Notes under the pieces: generated by a model
The model's database searches: none
Told to the model about the DNA's origin: nothing
The model's input: the letters and a program-made list of their open reading frames with translations, nothing else
Program-made: the position numbers and the translations under genes
Origin: a virus
Taxonomy: Duplodnaviria; Heunggongvirae; Uroviricota; Caudoviricetes
Length of the DNA stretch: 17,015 nt
Virus record (IMG/VR): IMGVR_UViG_2737471853_000007
Location: 1-17,015 of that record
Direction: 5' to 3' (one strand)
Shown: piece by piece, positions 1 through 14,587 of the stretch
How positions within the stretch are numbered: position 1 is the stretch's first letter
Layout: every line of letters begins with the position of its first letter

Positions 1-121
1 TATTATGCGGGATACTTACACGTCCATGTCTGATTTGAATAGACTGGTTCAGTACTTTTAATCTGGAAGTTTGTTATTTTTATTTGATTTGAAAAAGATG
101 CCATTGTAACCTCAACAATCC

Positions 122-760
122 TTGTTTCGAGTATTTATTATGATTGACTTCTTAAACCACATATTGCCTATATTATCTGCTATTGCATTCCCTATAGTTG
201 TGGTAGTAGTAACTCTTTATATAGTCTACAGAAGCGGAAGTACATCCATCATTGCTAATAAGATATGGGGGATATTCATTGGTGAGAAAAATTTCTTCAA
301 TGAAGAATTAGCATTAAAAGAAAAGGTTGAACATGATGTTGCTAAATTCAACTTTAAAGTAAATCTGAAAACCAGGAATCTCACTCAAATTGAACAATTT
401 TATAAATTTCTGGAAAAATTCGATCTGGATATAGATAACTTCAAAGGACTTCGTGACTGCTACTTGCCATCATTGCAGAAGGTCAAAAAAACATCTAAAA
501 GTGAAATATTTAATATTGGCCTGGTTGTCTTGTTAATAGGCGGTTTTTTGTTACCTATCTTCATTGGCGTGTTTATATTTAGAGACATTTCTACTTTCGA
601 CGGAGGGAAATTAGCAAATCTATTCTTTTATACGTTTTTGATTTCTGCCAGTACAGTTTTAAGTTTTAGTCAGTTACTTAGAAAGATTAAGTCAATCAGA
701 ACCCGTAAATTGATCTATAAAAAGAAATGCGAATATCTTGCAAACAGAAAGCCCATGTAG
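122..760 (+). CDS. Hypothetical membrane protein, about 3 predicted TM helices; candidate moron
   Basis: 212-aa ORF with hydrophobic stretches (ILPILSAIAFPIVVVVVTLYIVY; IGLVVLLIGGFLLPIFIGVFIF; LFFYTFLISASTVLSF) and a basic C-terminus. The track start is TTG at 122 with no clear SD; an in-frame ATG at 140 (MIDFLNH...) is an alternative start. Opposite strand to the structural operon and convergent on the tape measure gene. No recognisable family motif. Confidence 0.45.
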   Translation: MFRVFIMIDFLNHILPILSAIAFPIVVVVVTLYIVYRSGSTSIIANKIWGIFIGEKNFFNEELALKEKVEHDVAKFNFKVNLKTRNLTQIEQFYKFLEKFDLDIDNFKGLRDCYLPSLQKVKKTSKSEIFNIGLVVLLIGGFLLPIFIGVFIFRDISTFDGGKLANLFFYTFLISASTVLSFSQLLRKIKSIRTRKLIYKKKCEYLANRKPM

Positions 761-768
761 GGCTTTCT
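746..768. terminator. Putative bidirectional hairpin between convergent genes
   Basis: Perfect 9-bp inverted repeat AGAAAGCCC (746-754) / GGGCTTTCT (760-768) with a 5-nt loop, overlapping the stop of the + ORF and abutting the tape measure stop codon at 768-770. T-rich flank on the minus-strand side (TTTCTGTTTG). Confidence 0.45.
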
Positions 769-2978
769 TAAGTATTACGTCTCTGACTGCTTCTTACTGC
801 TTGTGTAACGCTGTTAGCATGCTTCTTCAACATTTCATTGAATTTCTTATCATCACCTGCAACGTCACCCTGAATGATTAAGGGAGCGTTAACGGTGATG
901 TCACCAGCAGTACTACCGCCTTTGTCCTGAGTATCGAGAAACTTAGTCAGCTTCTTGTTAGCTTCTGGCTGGACGACACGCTCACCGGCTTTCAGTACGA
1001 ATGATTTGTTATCGTACCCGGCAGGTAGCTCATCGACACCGCCGTGGAACTGCCCCGCATCAGCACCTTTTGCAGTACTGATAATGCTCAATCCAAGAGA
1101 GGCTACCTGTGCATAGTTCGCAAGGTTTTGAGGCCACGGCGTAGCAAGTGCCTGTGCAAGTGCGGATTGAATGCTTAGTACTGTCTGAGCTATCGTGATC
1201 CCACGTGAAACCATGAATGCCGCTTCGGCTGCACCCGACGATTCACCAAATGCGGCCACCATCGCCCCACTAAGGTTTTGTGCAGTATCTGAGAAGATTG
1301 TGAGTTGTTGCTGTGCATTCTGGTTACTGATATCAATGGCCTGAGCATTGTACTTTGCTGTTATCTGAGCCTTACGCTTTTCGTAGTCTTCATGACCTTT
1401 CAACAGTAAATCATTCTGTGCTAATTCAGCATTCATCGCGTCCTGATTATCATTCAGGCGTTGATCAGTATCATCATAAGCAAATGGATTACCACCATTG
1501 ATACGCTGATTTTGCTGTTGTGATAAGTACCCTTTCTGCTGATCATTTAGCAATCCAGAACTGATTAGAGAATTAGTATCTTTAAGACCTTGATTTGGAT
1601 CTGAATAGCCGACCATAGAATTAATTAGATCAGTACGTTGTTTAGCACCGGAAGTATTCGCATTCTTTAGCATTTCATCAGGATTAATACCGAGTACTTT
1701 AGCTGAATCAGTAATCGTTTTTAAAAGTGCCTTTTGCTGTCTGTCAAACTGCTGTAGGCGTACTTTAAAACCATCTTCCCCAACCTGAGCAAGAGCAGTT
1801 TCTAAATTACGTTGAGCCTGTAGCCGTTTTGCATCTGCCTGCTTTTGAGCTTGTTCTGCTTGCTTGTGTAACTGATCGGCTTTCTTCTGTGCATCTTCAC
1901 GCTGTTTGCCCTGATCTACCCAACCACCTTTAGGGGCTGTCACTGTAGCAATATCATTCTGAAAGTTGCTCACCAGACCTTCAAGATTCTTTTTAGCGTC
2001 GGCGTACTGGTTCCCCTTGCCGTTATCCATCGAGCCAGTATGAAGGGCTGCACCTTGATAGTTTAACGCCCCCGCCATGCGTAGCTTCTCCCAGATATCT
2101 AACATATCCTGTAGACTACCTTTGGATTCCTTTATACGTTGGTTAAGATCCTCAAATAATCCCGCCTCATGTGGCTTTTGATTGGCGGCATCATATACAC
2201 TGTTCATTGCATCAACTAAAGGTGAAAGGCCATCGGCGATAGTACCTTTAATATTAGTGGTTAGCTTAGTTAGATTCTTATCAAATTCCGCGTACTTTTC
2301 GGCTGCTTCATTAGTAACATCGGCGTTCTGTTGCTGGATATATGCAGTTGCATCTGCTTCATTATTGAACTGCTGTAAAGTACTAATCATATGAGATGAA
2401 TCACTTGCTAATGTTTCCATTACGTTGACAATTTCACCCTGAGATTTACCCGCATCACGCATAGCATAAAACGTATGAATAACGGCTTTCATACCGCCAT
2501 CAGTTTGTTTCAAGTACTTGTTATAGTCCTGTAGATTCAGGCCAAACTCTTTTAAATCATCAGACACGCCACCGCCAGCACGAAAGGCATCACCGAGTTT
2601 ATCTAAAGTATCCTTGTTAAAGTCTCCAAACTTATCCATTTCAAGACCAAGACCACTAAACGCCGATGATAGCTGTTGTAGCTGTACTACTGATAGACCA
2701 GTACTTTTACTGATTTCATTCATCTCGCGAACATACTCACGTGAAGACTGTACCAGTGCAGCAAGTCCACCAATACCAATAGCCGCAGCACCTGCAAGGC
2801 CAGTCATAGCAGTACTGAATCCGCCAGCCATCCCACTAAAGCGGCCTGTGAACTCTTCAACTACACCGCCAGCCTTACCACCAAATTCTTCTACTGCTTC
2901 AGTACCTTGCTGTAAAGCCCGCTGTAAGCCACCGGAATCACCGTCAATTTCTACACGGATTACATTATTCTTTGCCAT
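768..2978 (-). CDS. Phage tail tape measure protein
   Basis: 736-aa ORF directly downstream of the G/GT chaperone pair. Gly/Ala-rich hydrophobic N-terminal region (MAGGFSTAMTGLAGAAAIGIGGLAALV), long Q/A/K-rich low-complexity helical middle (QKKADQLHKQAEQAQKQADAKRLQAQRNLE), typical tape-measure composition and operon position. Confidence 0.8.
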   Translation of the reverse strand: MAKNNVIRVEIDGDSGGLQRALQQGTEAVEEFGGKAGGVVEEFTGRFSGMAGGFSTAMTGLAGAAAIGIGGLAALVQSSREYVREMNEISKSTGLSVVQLQQLSSAFSGLGLEMDKFGDFNKDTLDKLGDAFRAGGGVSDDLKEFGLNLQDYNKYLKQTDGGMKAVIHTFYAMRDAGKSQGEIVNVMETLASDSSHMISTLQQFNNEADATAYIQQQNADVTNEAAEKYAEFDKNLTKLTTNIKGTIADGLSPLVDAMNSVYDAANQKPHEAGLFEDLNQRIKESKGSLQDMLDIWEKLRMAGALNYQGAALHTGSMDNGKGNQYADAKKNLEGLVSNFQNDIATVTAPKGGWVDQGKQREDAQKKADQLHKQAEQAQKQADAKRLQAQRNLETALAQVGEDGFKVRLQQFDRQQKALLKTITDSAKVLGINPDEMLKNANTSGAKQRTDLINSMVGYSDPNQGLKDTNSLISSGLLNDQQKGYLSQQQNQRINGGNPFAYDDTDQRLNDNQDAMNAELAQNDLLLKGHEDYEKRKAQITAKYNAQAIDISNQNAQQQLTIFSDTAQNLSGAMVAAFGESSGAAEAAFMVSRGITIAQTVLSIQSALAQALATPWPQNLANYAQVASLGLSIISTAKGADAGQFHGGVDELPAGYDNKSFVLKAGERVVQPEANKKLTKFLDTQDKGGSTAGDITVNAPLIIQGDVAGDDKKFNEMLKKHANSVTQAVRSSQRRNT

Positions 2979-3674
2979 TCTTTTTCTTCCCTAAAACTTG
3001 AGTCTTAATTAACTCTCCTATTGATTTAATATCACTAGATTGTTTATCTTTTGATTTCTCTTTCCGTTCCTGTTCTTTTTCAGCAGTAGTTTTAGTACTG
3101 TCACCGAGTACATCCAGAAAATCAAAATCTTGTACTTTGATACTTTTCCTTGCTTCTGGTGTTATGTTCCCATTACTGATAGTAGTGTAATAACACTGGT
3201 ACGCATGTTTCATCATTTCAATCTGAGTACCGGATGGTTCAATAAAAGCATCGTAAATCATTAGCATATTGAGTACTTCAGGATCTAAGCTAAAGTACTC
3301 TTCTGGTGATAAGCCTCTTTTGTTAACCATCTTACAAAAGTACTTTAATTCGATATCACCCCTTACTTTTTTTCTACTTCATCCGTAGGATTTGAATCAT
3401 TTACGAGTTTGATAATTGCCGCGTATATTTCATTTTGAATGACAAAATCAATACTGTTTACATTAATGCGTCCATCAATATCTTCATCTGAAAAGATAGG
3501 ATCACCATTTTCATCTTTCGCACATAAGATTAGTGTTTGTGCAACATCAGTACATTTTGCAAAGTCTCTGCCATTTGGACGATGAATATAGATAGTTTCA
3601 CCTGCTACTTCGTAGGGTTGTAGTACTGGCTGTAGTTTCTTCATAAGCTGGTTTAAGTTCATTTGTTTCTCCAA
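2965..3674 (-). CDS. Tail assembly chaperone GT-like fusion product made by programmed -1 ribosomal frameshift (shift site at 3366-3372)
   Basis: The minus-strand mRNA at the end of the G ORF reads GAA AAA AAG TAA. The heptamer A AAA AAG (plus coordinates 3366-3372) is a classic -1 slippery site. The -1 frame is open from 3378 through the 121-aa ORF 2965-3330 (KK-VRGDIELKYFCK-MVNKRGLS...), which ends 14 bp inside the tape measure gene. Predicted fusion is about 236 aa. Confidence 0.7.
3363..3674 (-). CDS. Tail assembly chaperone (lambda gpG-like), zero-frame product
   Basis: 103-aa acidic ORF between the major tail protein and tape measure genes, ending in the slippery heptamer. Position and size match the conserved G/GT chaperone arrangement of long-tailed phages. 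Confidence 0.7.
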   Translation of the reverse strand: MEKQMNLNQLMKKLQPVLQPYEVAGETIYIHRPNGRDFAKCTDVAQTLILCAKDENGDPIFSDEDIDGRINVNSIDFVIQNEIYAAIIKLVNDSNPTDEVEKK

Positions 3675-3678
3675 TAAA

Positions 3679-3714
3679 AAAGGGAAAGTACAATACCTTC
3701 CCTTTATTTATTTT
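3679..3714 (-). terminator. Putative rho-independent terminator or attenuator downstream of the major tail protein gene
   Basis: Inverted repeat AAAGGGAA (3679-3686) / TTCCCTTT (3698-3705). On the minus-strand transcript the stem is followed by a U-run (TTTTTT then ATTGG). Lies in the 40-bp gap between the tail protein stop (3715) and the chaperone start (3674). Confidence 0.5.
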
Positions 3715-4179
3715 TTACTCACCAGTACCCGTAGTGATTAGACCTGAATCGATAGCAGCCCCATCTACAGCAAGTGTAAATGTCTTAGTTACTACTTCGT
3801 CTTTGTCACCACCGATAGTAGTACTTGAGACAAAGCACGTATAAACCACATAGAATCCGTTCTCTTTAGTAGCATCTTCAAAATAGCTTAGTTTGATTTG
3901 GCAACGCTTTTGATCATCTGCCAGTTGTTCTAATTTTTGGTGTACTGTGTTATCTGCAAGATAGTTAACCGCAAGTGAAATGTCAGGGATAGATTTAGTA
4001 CCCAATAGTTTACGGTCATATGCTGAGTTAAATGTTTTAACACTAATTACAGTACTTTCAAAACCAGAAGTAGTGAAGGTATTCACCTCTGGTACTTCTG
4101 CAAAATCAGTAGCAACGGTAGAACCCGCAGAACCTACCTCTACAGTAATATTAGCACCAGAAAAAATATCCATAGCCAT
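3715..4179 (-). CDS. Major tail (tube) protein, short form
   Basis: 154-aa ORF immediately upstream of the terminator and G/GT chaperones, the canonical position of the major tail protein. Strong SD (TATAAGGATATAAAAACT-ATG). Paralogous to the N-terminal 140 aa of the 946-aa ORF (shared MA(M)DIFSG and GDKD(E/Q)VVTK(T/S) motifs). Confidence 0.6.
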   Translation of the reverse strand: MAMDIFSGANITVEVGSAGSTVATDFAEVPEVNTFTTSGFESTVISVKTFNSAYDRKLLGTKSIPDISLAVNYLADNTVHQKLEQLADDQKRCQIKLSYFEDATKENGFYVVYTCFVSSTTIGGDKDEVVTKTFTLAVDGAAIDSGLITTGTGE

Positions 4180-4235
4180 AGTTTTTATATCCTTATATAA
4201 GTTTAATCGGGCAACGTCCTGTCACCCTTTTATAT

Positions 4236-7076
4236 TTATTTATTATCGATTAGTGATTGTACTAATACTTTCAAGTTTTCAATTTCAGTACTGAGATCAT
4301 CATTCATCTGTTTTAATGCTTTAATTGCGGCTAAACCATCTAACATCATTGGTGTTTCATCAAGATGGTACAGATCACCAACTTCTTTTACGTATTGTGG
4401 ATCTATATCCATAATCTGTTGTGAAACTACTCCACGGCGTGGTGTCTCGTCTTCATCAGATTTAAAAGTAAAGTTAACAAAGTCCATCCGAGAAATATTA
4501 TCAAGTGCAATATTGAGATCTAATGGTTCACCAATATCTTTGGCCCTTTCATCAGAGACAGCAGATGTAGTCAACTGTGCCCATGTTCCCCACGCCATAG
4601 CATTGGTTTGAACACGTGTATATATGCGATTGCTGGTGTCATAGAATCGCTGCTGATACCACTGGTTAGTAGTACCTGTGCCATTATAGTTCCCAGTGTT
4701 TAACCCTTGAGTTGCCTGAGTGAACAAAGACCCATATACGTTCGCAGCAGCACTCCCCGAAGGTGAGTTAGTCCATGAACCACCAACGGCACGCCATCCT
4801 TGAGCACCTATATTCATATCCGAACCGGAAGAATCGTATGATGTGCCATTAGGGGCAAGTCCTCCAGCAAGGCCAATGGGAGAACCATAGCCCGAAATTG
4901 GCGGTAGATATGCCCAACCCTGTCCAGTGACTGACCCAATCTTATCTCTGAAATAGAAAATAAGTCCCTTACCGGCTTCCTGGCTATTTTCAATTCTTAC
5001 CCGGCGACCTACCACATCATCACCACCACTAACATCTAAGTTGATTGCGGGCCAATCATCCCGCGATACCGTGAGTTGATTGCTGATCACTTGAGGTTGA
5101 TTGAACGTATTTGACCTGTCCAATGTCGGTACTTCATGCCACTGCCATTTACCACTGTTCAGTGATGGTTGTACGCCTCCAGCAAAGACACGATTACCAT
5201 CAGGCTGAACAAGCATTCCAGAATAAGACGGTGAACCATCATACTGTGATACAAAACCAGCACCGCCGAATGATGGAGGGGAATCAATAGTTGCTGTAGT
5301 CGTTCGAATGAACCCTTTCGGTGCATCCTTCATATCGGCAACATGGCGAGGATCTATTCCAAGCCCAACTTCTGATAGCGTCCTGTCAATTGAGTAAATT
5401 TGCTGTCCGTTCAACGTTGCTGCACTGGCTACTATTCCCAAAGTACCTTTGCCTGTTGCTGTTTCGCCACCCGATGCAAACAGACGTACATCAAAATCGT
5501 TACCAGTACCGGAACTATGCATATCAAGGAATGTCAGTACTGCCGTAGTACTACTACCCAGCTCAATACCCCTTGAAGTGGTTGAGTTGCTTCCAATAGC
5601 AATAGATCCGTTGAAGTTCTGCCCCCCATCCCATGTATTGGTAGCGTTGAGCAAAGGTACAGTACCGCCAGATGTACCAACGTTTACCGTCGCAGCCGTA
5701 CCAAGTCCAAGATTCGTTCTTGCCGCCGCAGCCGTGGTCGCTCCAGTACCGCCACTCGTTAGGGGTAATGCAGTAGAAAGGGTTAAGGTCGATAACGTCG
5801 CCTGACCGCCTGTGATAGCGACTGCGTTAGAGTTCTGCACCGCAAGGGAACCTAAACCGAGATTAGTACGGGAAGTGACAATATTATTAAGGTCTGCAAG
5901 ATTACTTGCGATCTTTAGCTGTGCGTCATTAGTAACGTTAGATAAACCAACATCGGCTTTAGTTACTGTCACATTGGATGATAATGCATGACCGTTTACT
6001 GTGATTGTTTTAGGAACCAAATCTGTATTAACATGAGTAGTTAATGTATTAATTGAATTATTAACCTCATCAATATCGCTATCAATTTGTTCTTTCGAAT
6101 ACACATCCAGATTAGTACGGGCAATTTCATTATCAGCGATATCGGCTAAATTACTGATAACTTTTAACTGAGCATCATTAGTGACATTTTCTAATTGAAT
6201 ATCTTGTTTTGTAAGTACTACATCGCTTGAAAGCTCATGACCATTAACGGTACGCTCGACGGGTACAGAACCGGTGTCAGTACTGGTTAATGTAATGTCT
6301 GCTGTTAGTGCTTTACCGTTGACGGTTCGCGTGAGAGGAACATAACGTGCGTCCATCTGTGTAGCCGTGTAGATACGAGTCCATGCCGTGGTGGCATTTT
6401 TTGCGAATAGGCTTAGTGTGCCTGTTTTTGTCATCGCAAATTCAGCAACGCTCGAACCGTCGACAAGCCCTATGCCCATCATATCGGCCCCAGCAGGATT
6501 ACCCTGTTGTGTTGACGGTATTTTGATAAAGCTGTTACCCGTTGGTGTGACTGGTGCGTACTGCGGTATACCAGTAGTGTTAGCACCTACGCCGTAATCC
6601 CCCTGATAGACAGGAAGAAGTGCAGCCATTGTCATTACACGGGCAACTACATCAGCAGGTGTAAAAGAATAGGATTTAGTAACTACCTGATCCTTATCCC
6701 CGGATAATTGAGTACCCGTAACGTAACCATTGACGATGGCATAAGTGATCTGACTTTCTTCTAAATCTAATTGATACTGAATAATGACCTGAAATACAGA
6801 TTGTGATTCAGCCATTTCATCTAAGAATTGGTGCGTAGGATCATCAGGTAAGTATGCAACCACAATATCAAATGGTTCTACTGATTTATCAGATAGTAGT
6901 ACTGTCTTGTACTCATTATCATAGGTTTCAAAATTATTTGTTTCTGACTGGATGGTTAGAGCAGGAAATTCAGTTACATTATTAATAGTAACATTGCCTA
7001 TGCCCTGTGGTGAACGGTTTCCAGTGTCCGTATTATATTGTAAAGTTAATCCCTTACCTGAAAAAATGTCGGCCAT
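4236..7076 (-). CDS. Tail fiber-like protein: N-terminal major-tail-protein-like domain, tandem fiber repeats, C-terminal intramolecular chaperone (peptidase S74-like) domain
   Basis: 946-aa ORF. Residues 1-140 are homologous to the 154-aa tail protein. The middle has tandem repeats (ERTVNGHELSSDVVLTKQDIQLENVTNDAQLKVISNLAD / TITVNGHALSSNVTVTKADVGLSNVTNDAQLKIASNLAD; RTNLGLG twice) and Gly/Ser/Thr-rich fiber-like sequence. The C-terminus (SAVSDERAKDIGEPLDLNIALDNISRMDFVNFTFKS...) matches the Ser-x4-Lys autoproteolytic chaperone module of tail fibers and endosialidases, followed by a coiled-coil tail. Confidence 0.8.
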   Translation of the reverse strand: MADIFSGKGLTLQYNTDTGNRSPQGIGNVTINNVTEFPALTIQSETNNFETYDNEYKTVLLSDKSVEPFDIVVAYLPDDPTHQFLDEMAESQSVFQVIIQYQLDLEESQITYAIVNGYVTGTQLSGDKDQVVTKSYSFTPADVVARVMTMAALLPVYQGDYGVGANTTGIPQYAPVTPTGNSFIKIPSTQQGNPAGADMMGIGLVDGSSVAEFAMTKTGTLSLFAKNATTAWTRIYTATQMDARYVPLTRTVNGKALTADITLTSTDTGSVPVERTVNGHELSSDVVLTKQDIQLENVTNDAQLKVISNLADIADNEIARTNLDVYSKEQIDSDIDEVNNSINTLTTHVNTDLVPKTITVNGHALSSNVTVTKADVGLSNVTNDAQLKIASNLADLNNIVTSRTNLGLGSLAVQNSNAVAITGGQATLSTLTLSTALPLTSGGTGATTAAAARTNLGLGTAATVNVGTSGGTVPLLNATNTWDGGQNFNGSIAIGSNSTTSRGIELGSSTTAVLTFLDMHSSGTGNDFDVRLFASGGETATGKGTLGIVASAATLNGQQIYSIDRTLSEVGLGIDPRHVADMKDAPKGFIRTTTATIDSPPSFGGAGFVSQYDGSPSYSGMLVQPDGNRVFAGGVQPSLNSGKWQWHEVPTLDRSNTFNQPQVISNQLTVSRDDWPAINLDVSGGDDVVGRRVRIENSQEAGKGLIFYFRDKIGSVTGQGWAYLPPISGYGSPIGLAGGLAPNGTSYDSSGSDMNIGAQGWRAVGGSWTNSPSGSAAANVYGSLFTQATQGLNTGNYNGTGTTNQWYQQRFYDTSNRIYTRVQTNAMAWGTWAQLTTSAVSDERAKDIGEPLDLNIALDNISRMDFVNFTFKSDEDETPRRGVVSQQIMDIDPQYVKEVGDLYHLDETPMMLDGLAAIKALKQMNDDLSTEIENLKVLVQSLIDNK
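5847..6335 (-). repeat. Intragenic tandem repeats (TVNG(K/H) fiber repeats) inside the tail fiber gene
   Basis: Three diverged copies are visible at DNA and protein level: the RTVNGKAL copy near 6314-6336, the ERTVNGHEL copy near 6241-6261 and the TITVNGHAL copy near 5991-6012. Each of the last two is followed by an NVTNDAQLK(V/I) block, and the region ends with RTNLGLGS at 5847-5870. Confidence 0.55.
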
Positions 7077-7093
7077 TTTATATCCTTATAGCG

Positions 7094-7486
7094 TTATCTT
7101 GTTTTCTCCGTAACTTGAATATTTATCGTGAATGATAAAGAAACCGAGCCAGTTATAGGGTCTGTTACGATATCGGATTGTTCATATGAGTAAGAGAGAA
7201 TGATTAAATCAGCATCCTTGAAAGCACGTGCTTTCTCATTATCAAAAGTACTGATAATCTGATCATAAGTAATTGACGGTGCAGTATTACCTGATTCTGG
7301 TTTTGGACTAATCAAGTACTGAATAGCAAAGTTACCTGCTTGTCTCTGCCCTCCAAAAGAAATTGAAGACAATGAGTAATCAAATGCTATCTGTTCAAAT
7401 ACATCTGCATCACGTGATACTGTTAGATTCTTAGTTGCGTTGATTAGTTGTTTCATTGTCTGGCGTACTTTCTGTACTAACATCAT
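7094..7486 (-). CDS. Hypothetical phage neck / tail-completion protein (position-based)
   Basis: The track ORF starts at 7564 and overlaps the upstream gene by 77 bp. An in-frame ATG-ATG at 7481-7486 lies 1 nt after the upstream stop (TAA at 7488-7490), giving a coupled about 130-aa product (MMLVQKVRQTMKQ...). No family motif recognised; the role is inferred only from its position between capsid and tail genes. Confidence 0.45.
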   Translation of the reverse strand: MMLVQKVRQTMKQLINATKNLTVSRDADVFEQIAFDYSLSSISFGGQRQAGNFAIQYLISPKPESGNTAPSITYDQIISTFDNEKARAFKDADLIILSYSYEQSDIVTDPITGSVSLSFTINIQVTEKTR

Positions 7487-7487
7487 A

Positions 7488-7811
7488 TTAGTAGTCCTCT
7501 GCAAATGAAGCACCAGCAGAAGTACGAAAGTAGCAATTAACCATACCTGACAGATCATCTTCAATATTATAAATTGTTTGGTTTACACCATCGATGATCA
7601 GTACTGTACCGATATCTATATCAGTATTAACTAAATCATCCTTTCTCATTGTTACGTATGTTTCTGTACTTTCGATAAATCCACCTGCCGCTTCAATAGA
7701 AACGGGAAGTACTTCTACAATTCCAGTAAAAGTACTTCCCGTAGAAGTTTGGATTAATTGACCGAAAGCATTTAGAAACGTATCTTGTTGACCGTTAGAA
7801 AATGCTCTCAT
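7488..7811 (-). CDS. Hypothetical head-tail connector / head completion protein (position-based)
   Basis: 107-aa ORF immediately downstream of the capsid gene (stop 7817, start 7811), tightly packed in the operon. No recognisable motif. Confidence 0.45.
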   Translation of the reverse strand: MRAFSNGQQDTFLNAFGQLIQTSTGSTFTGIVEVLPVSIEAAGGFIESTETYVTMRKDDLVNTDIDIGTVLIIDGVNQTIYNIEDDLSGMVNCYFRTSAGASFAEDY

Positions 7812-7816
7812 AGTTA

Positions 7817-11638
<3,822 letters not shown>

Positions 11639-11641
11639 TTA

Positions 11642-14009
<2,368 letters not shown>

Positions 14010-14023
14010 TTATTGAGATCACT

Positions 14024-14587
14024 ATGTCAGACCGCAACAATGATTTTTCTTTGCTGGTAAAGTTACTGAATAGCTTCCTAAAGAATGAAGATATAAAGAG
14101 GCGTCTGTATTCCTTCGTCAGTAATGAAACTAATGATTGGGAAAAATGGCTACAAATTGAATTTGAGCACTTCCTTAACAAAAAAAGAAAATATGAAGTT
14201 AAACGTGAAGTTACAGCTTTTCTTGACCCTAATAATTTCCCTGCAAGCAAGCTCTCAAAAATCGATATAATAATGAGAGAAAAAGATACCCTTTTTGAAG
14301 ACTATATCTTTATTGAGCTGAAATGTACTAAGCGTTCATCTGCCTTAAAAAGAGGATTGCAAGCAGACCATTTGAAACTCAACTCTATACAAGAATGTAA
14401 GTATCCGATGCGAAATTCTTTCTGTGTTGGTTTTCATTTATATTGCTCATCATCTGTAGTTGAAGAAATGGACAAGTATGTAACCGATACCCTTAAAGGA
14501 TCTTATGCAGTATTCAAATTATGCGAATGTCCGACAAACCGTCATTGCGATTGTGCGTTAAATGAAATAGGTGTTGTACTTTGCTAA
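14024..14587 (+). CDS. Hypothetical small protein with PD-(D/E)xK-like nuclease motif and C-terminal Cys cluster
   Basis: 187-aa ORF divergent from terS with only 38 bp between start codons. Candidate catalytic motif E (QIEFEH) ... D (SKIDIIM) ... ExK (IFIELKC) with restriction-endonuclease-like spacing. C-terminal CxC...HCDC cluster. No AGTACT hexamer, unlike the phage operon. Confidence 0.5.
   Translation: MSDRNNDFSLLVKLLNSFLKNEDIKRRLYSFVSNETNDWEKWLQIEFEHFLNKKRKYEVKREVTAFLDPNNFPASKLSKIDIIMREKDTLFEDYIFIELKCTKRSSALKRGLQADHLKLNSIQECKYPMRNSFCVGFHLYCSSSVVEEMDKYVTDTLKGSYAVFKLCECPTNRHCDCALNEIGVVLC

Noticed and set aside
2182-2394. Short plus-strand ORFs embedded antisense in large minus-strand phage genes (2182-2394, 2614-2994, 3980-4294, 5321-5548, 5449-5805, 6388-6597, 8802-9116, 10123-10401, 12205-12438, 13083-13322, 13471-13695, 16043-16246)
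   Set aside because: All lie entirely within well-supported minus-strand coding genes, have low-complexity or Ser/Pro/Cys-rich translations typical of antisense shadow frames, and lack ribosome binding sites.
3331-3366. RGD motif in the -1 frame linker of the chaperone fusion (VRGDIELK)
   Set aside because: A tripeptide in a bacterial phage assembly chaperone is most likely coincidental, with no supporting context for integrin-type binding.
4180-4235. Possible internal promoter or terminator between the fiber gene and the major tail protein gene
   Set aside because: A TTGCCC / TATAAG-like arrangement and a GC-rich patch are present, but the spacing is poor and no clean hairpin forms. Not supportable by eye.
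7094-7564. Long form of the 156-aa ORF starting at 7564
   Set aside because: This start would overlap the upstream gene by 77 bp and add a hydrophobic leader. The ATG-ATG at 7481-7486, 1 nt after the upstream stop, gives a coupled start more consistent with the rest of the operon.
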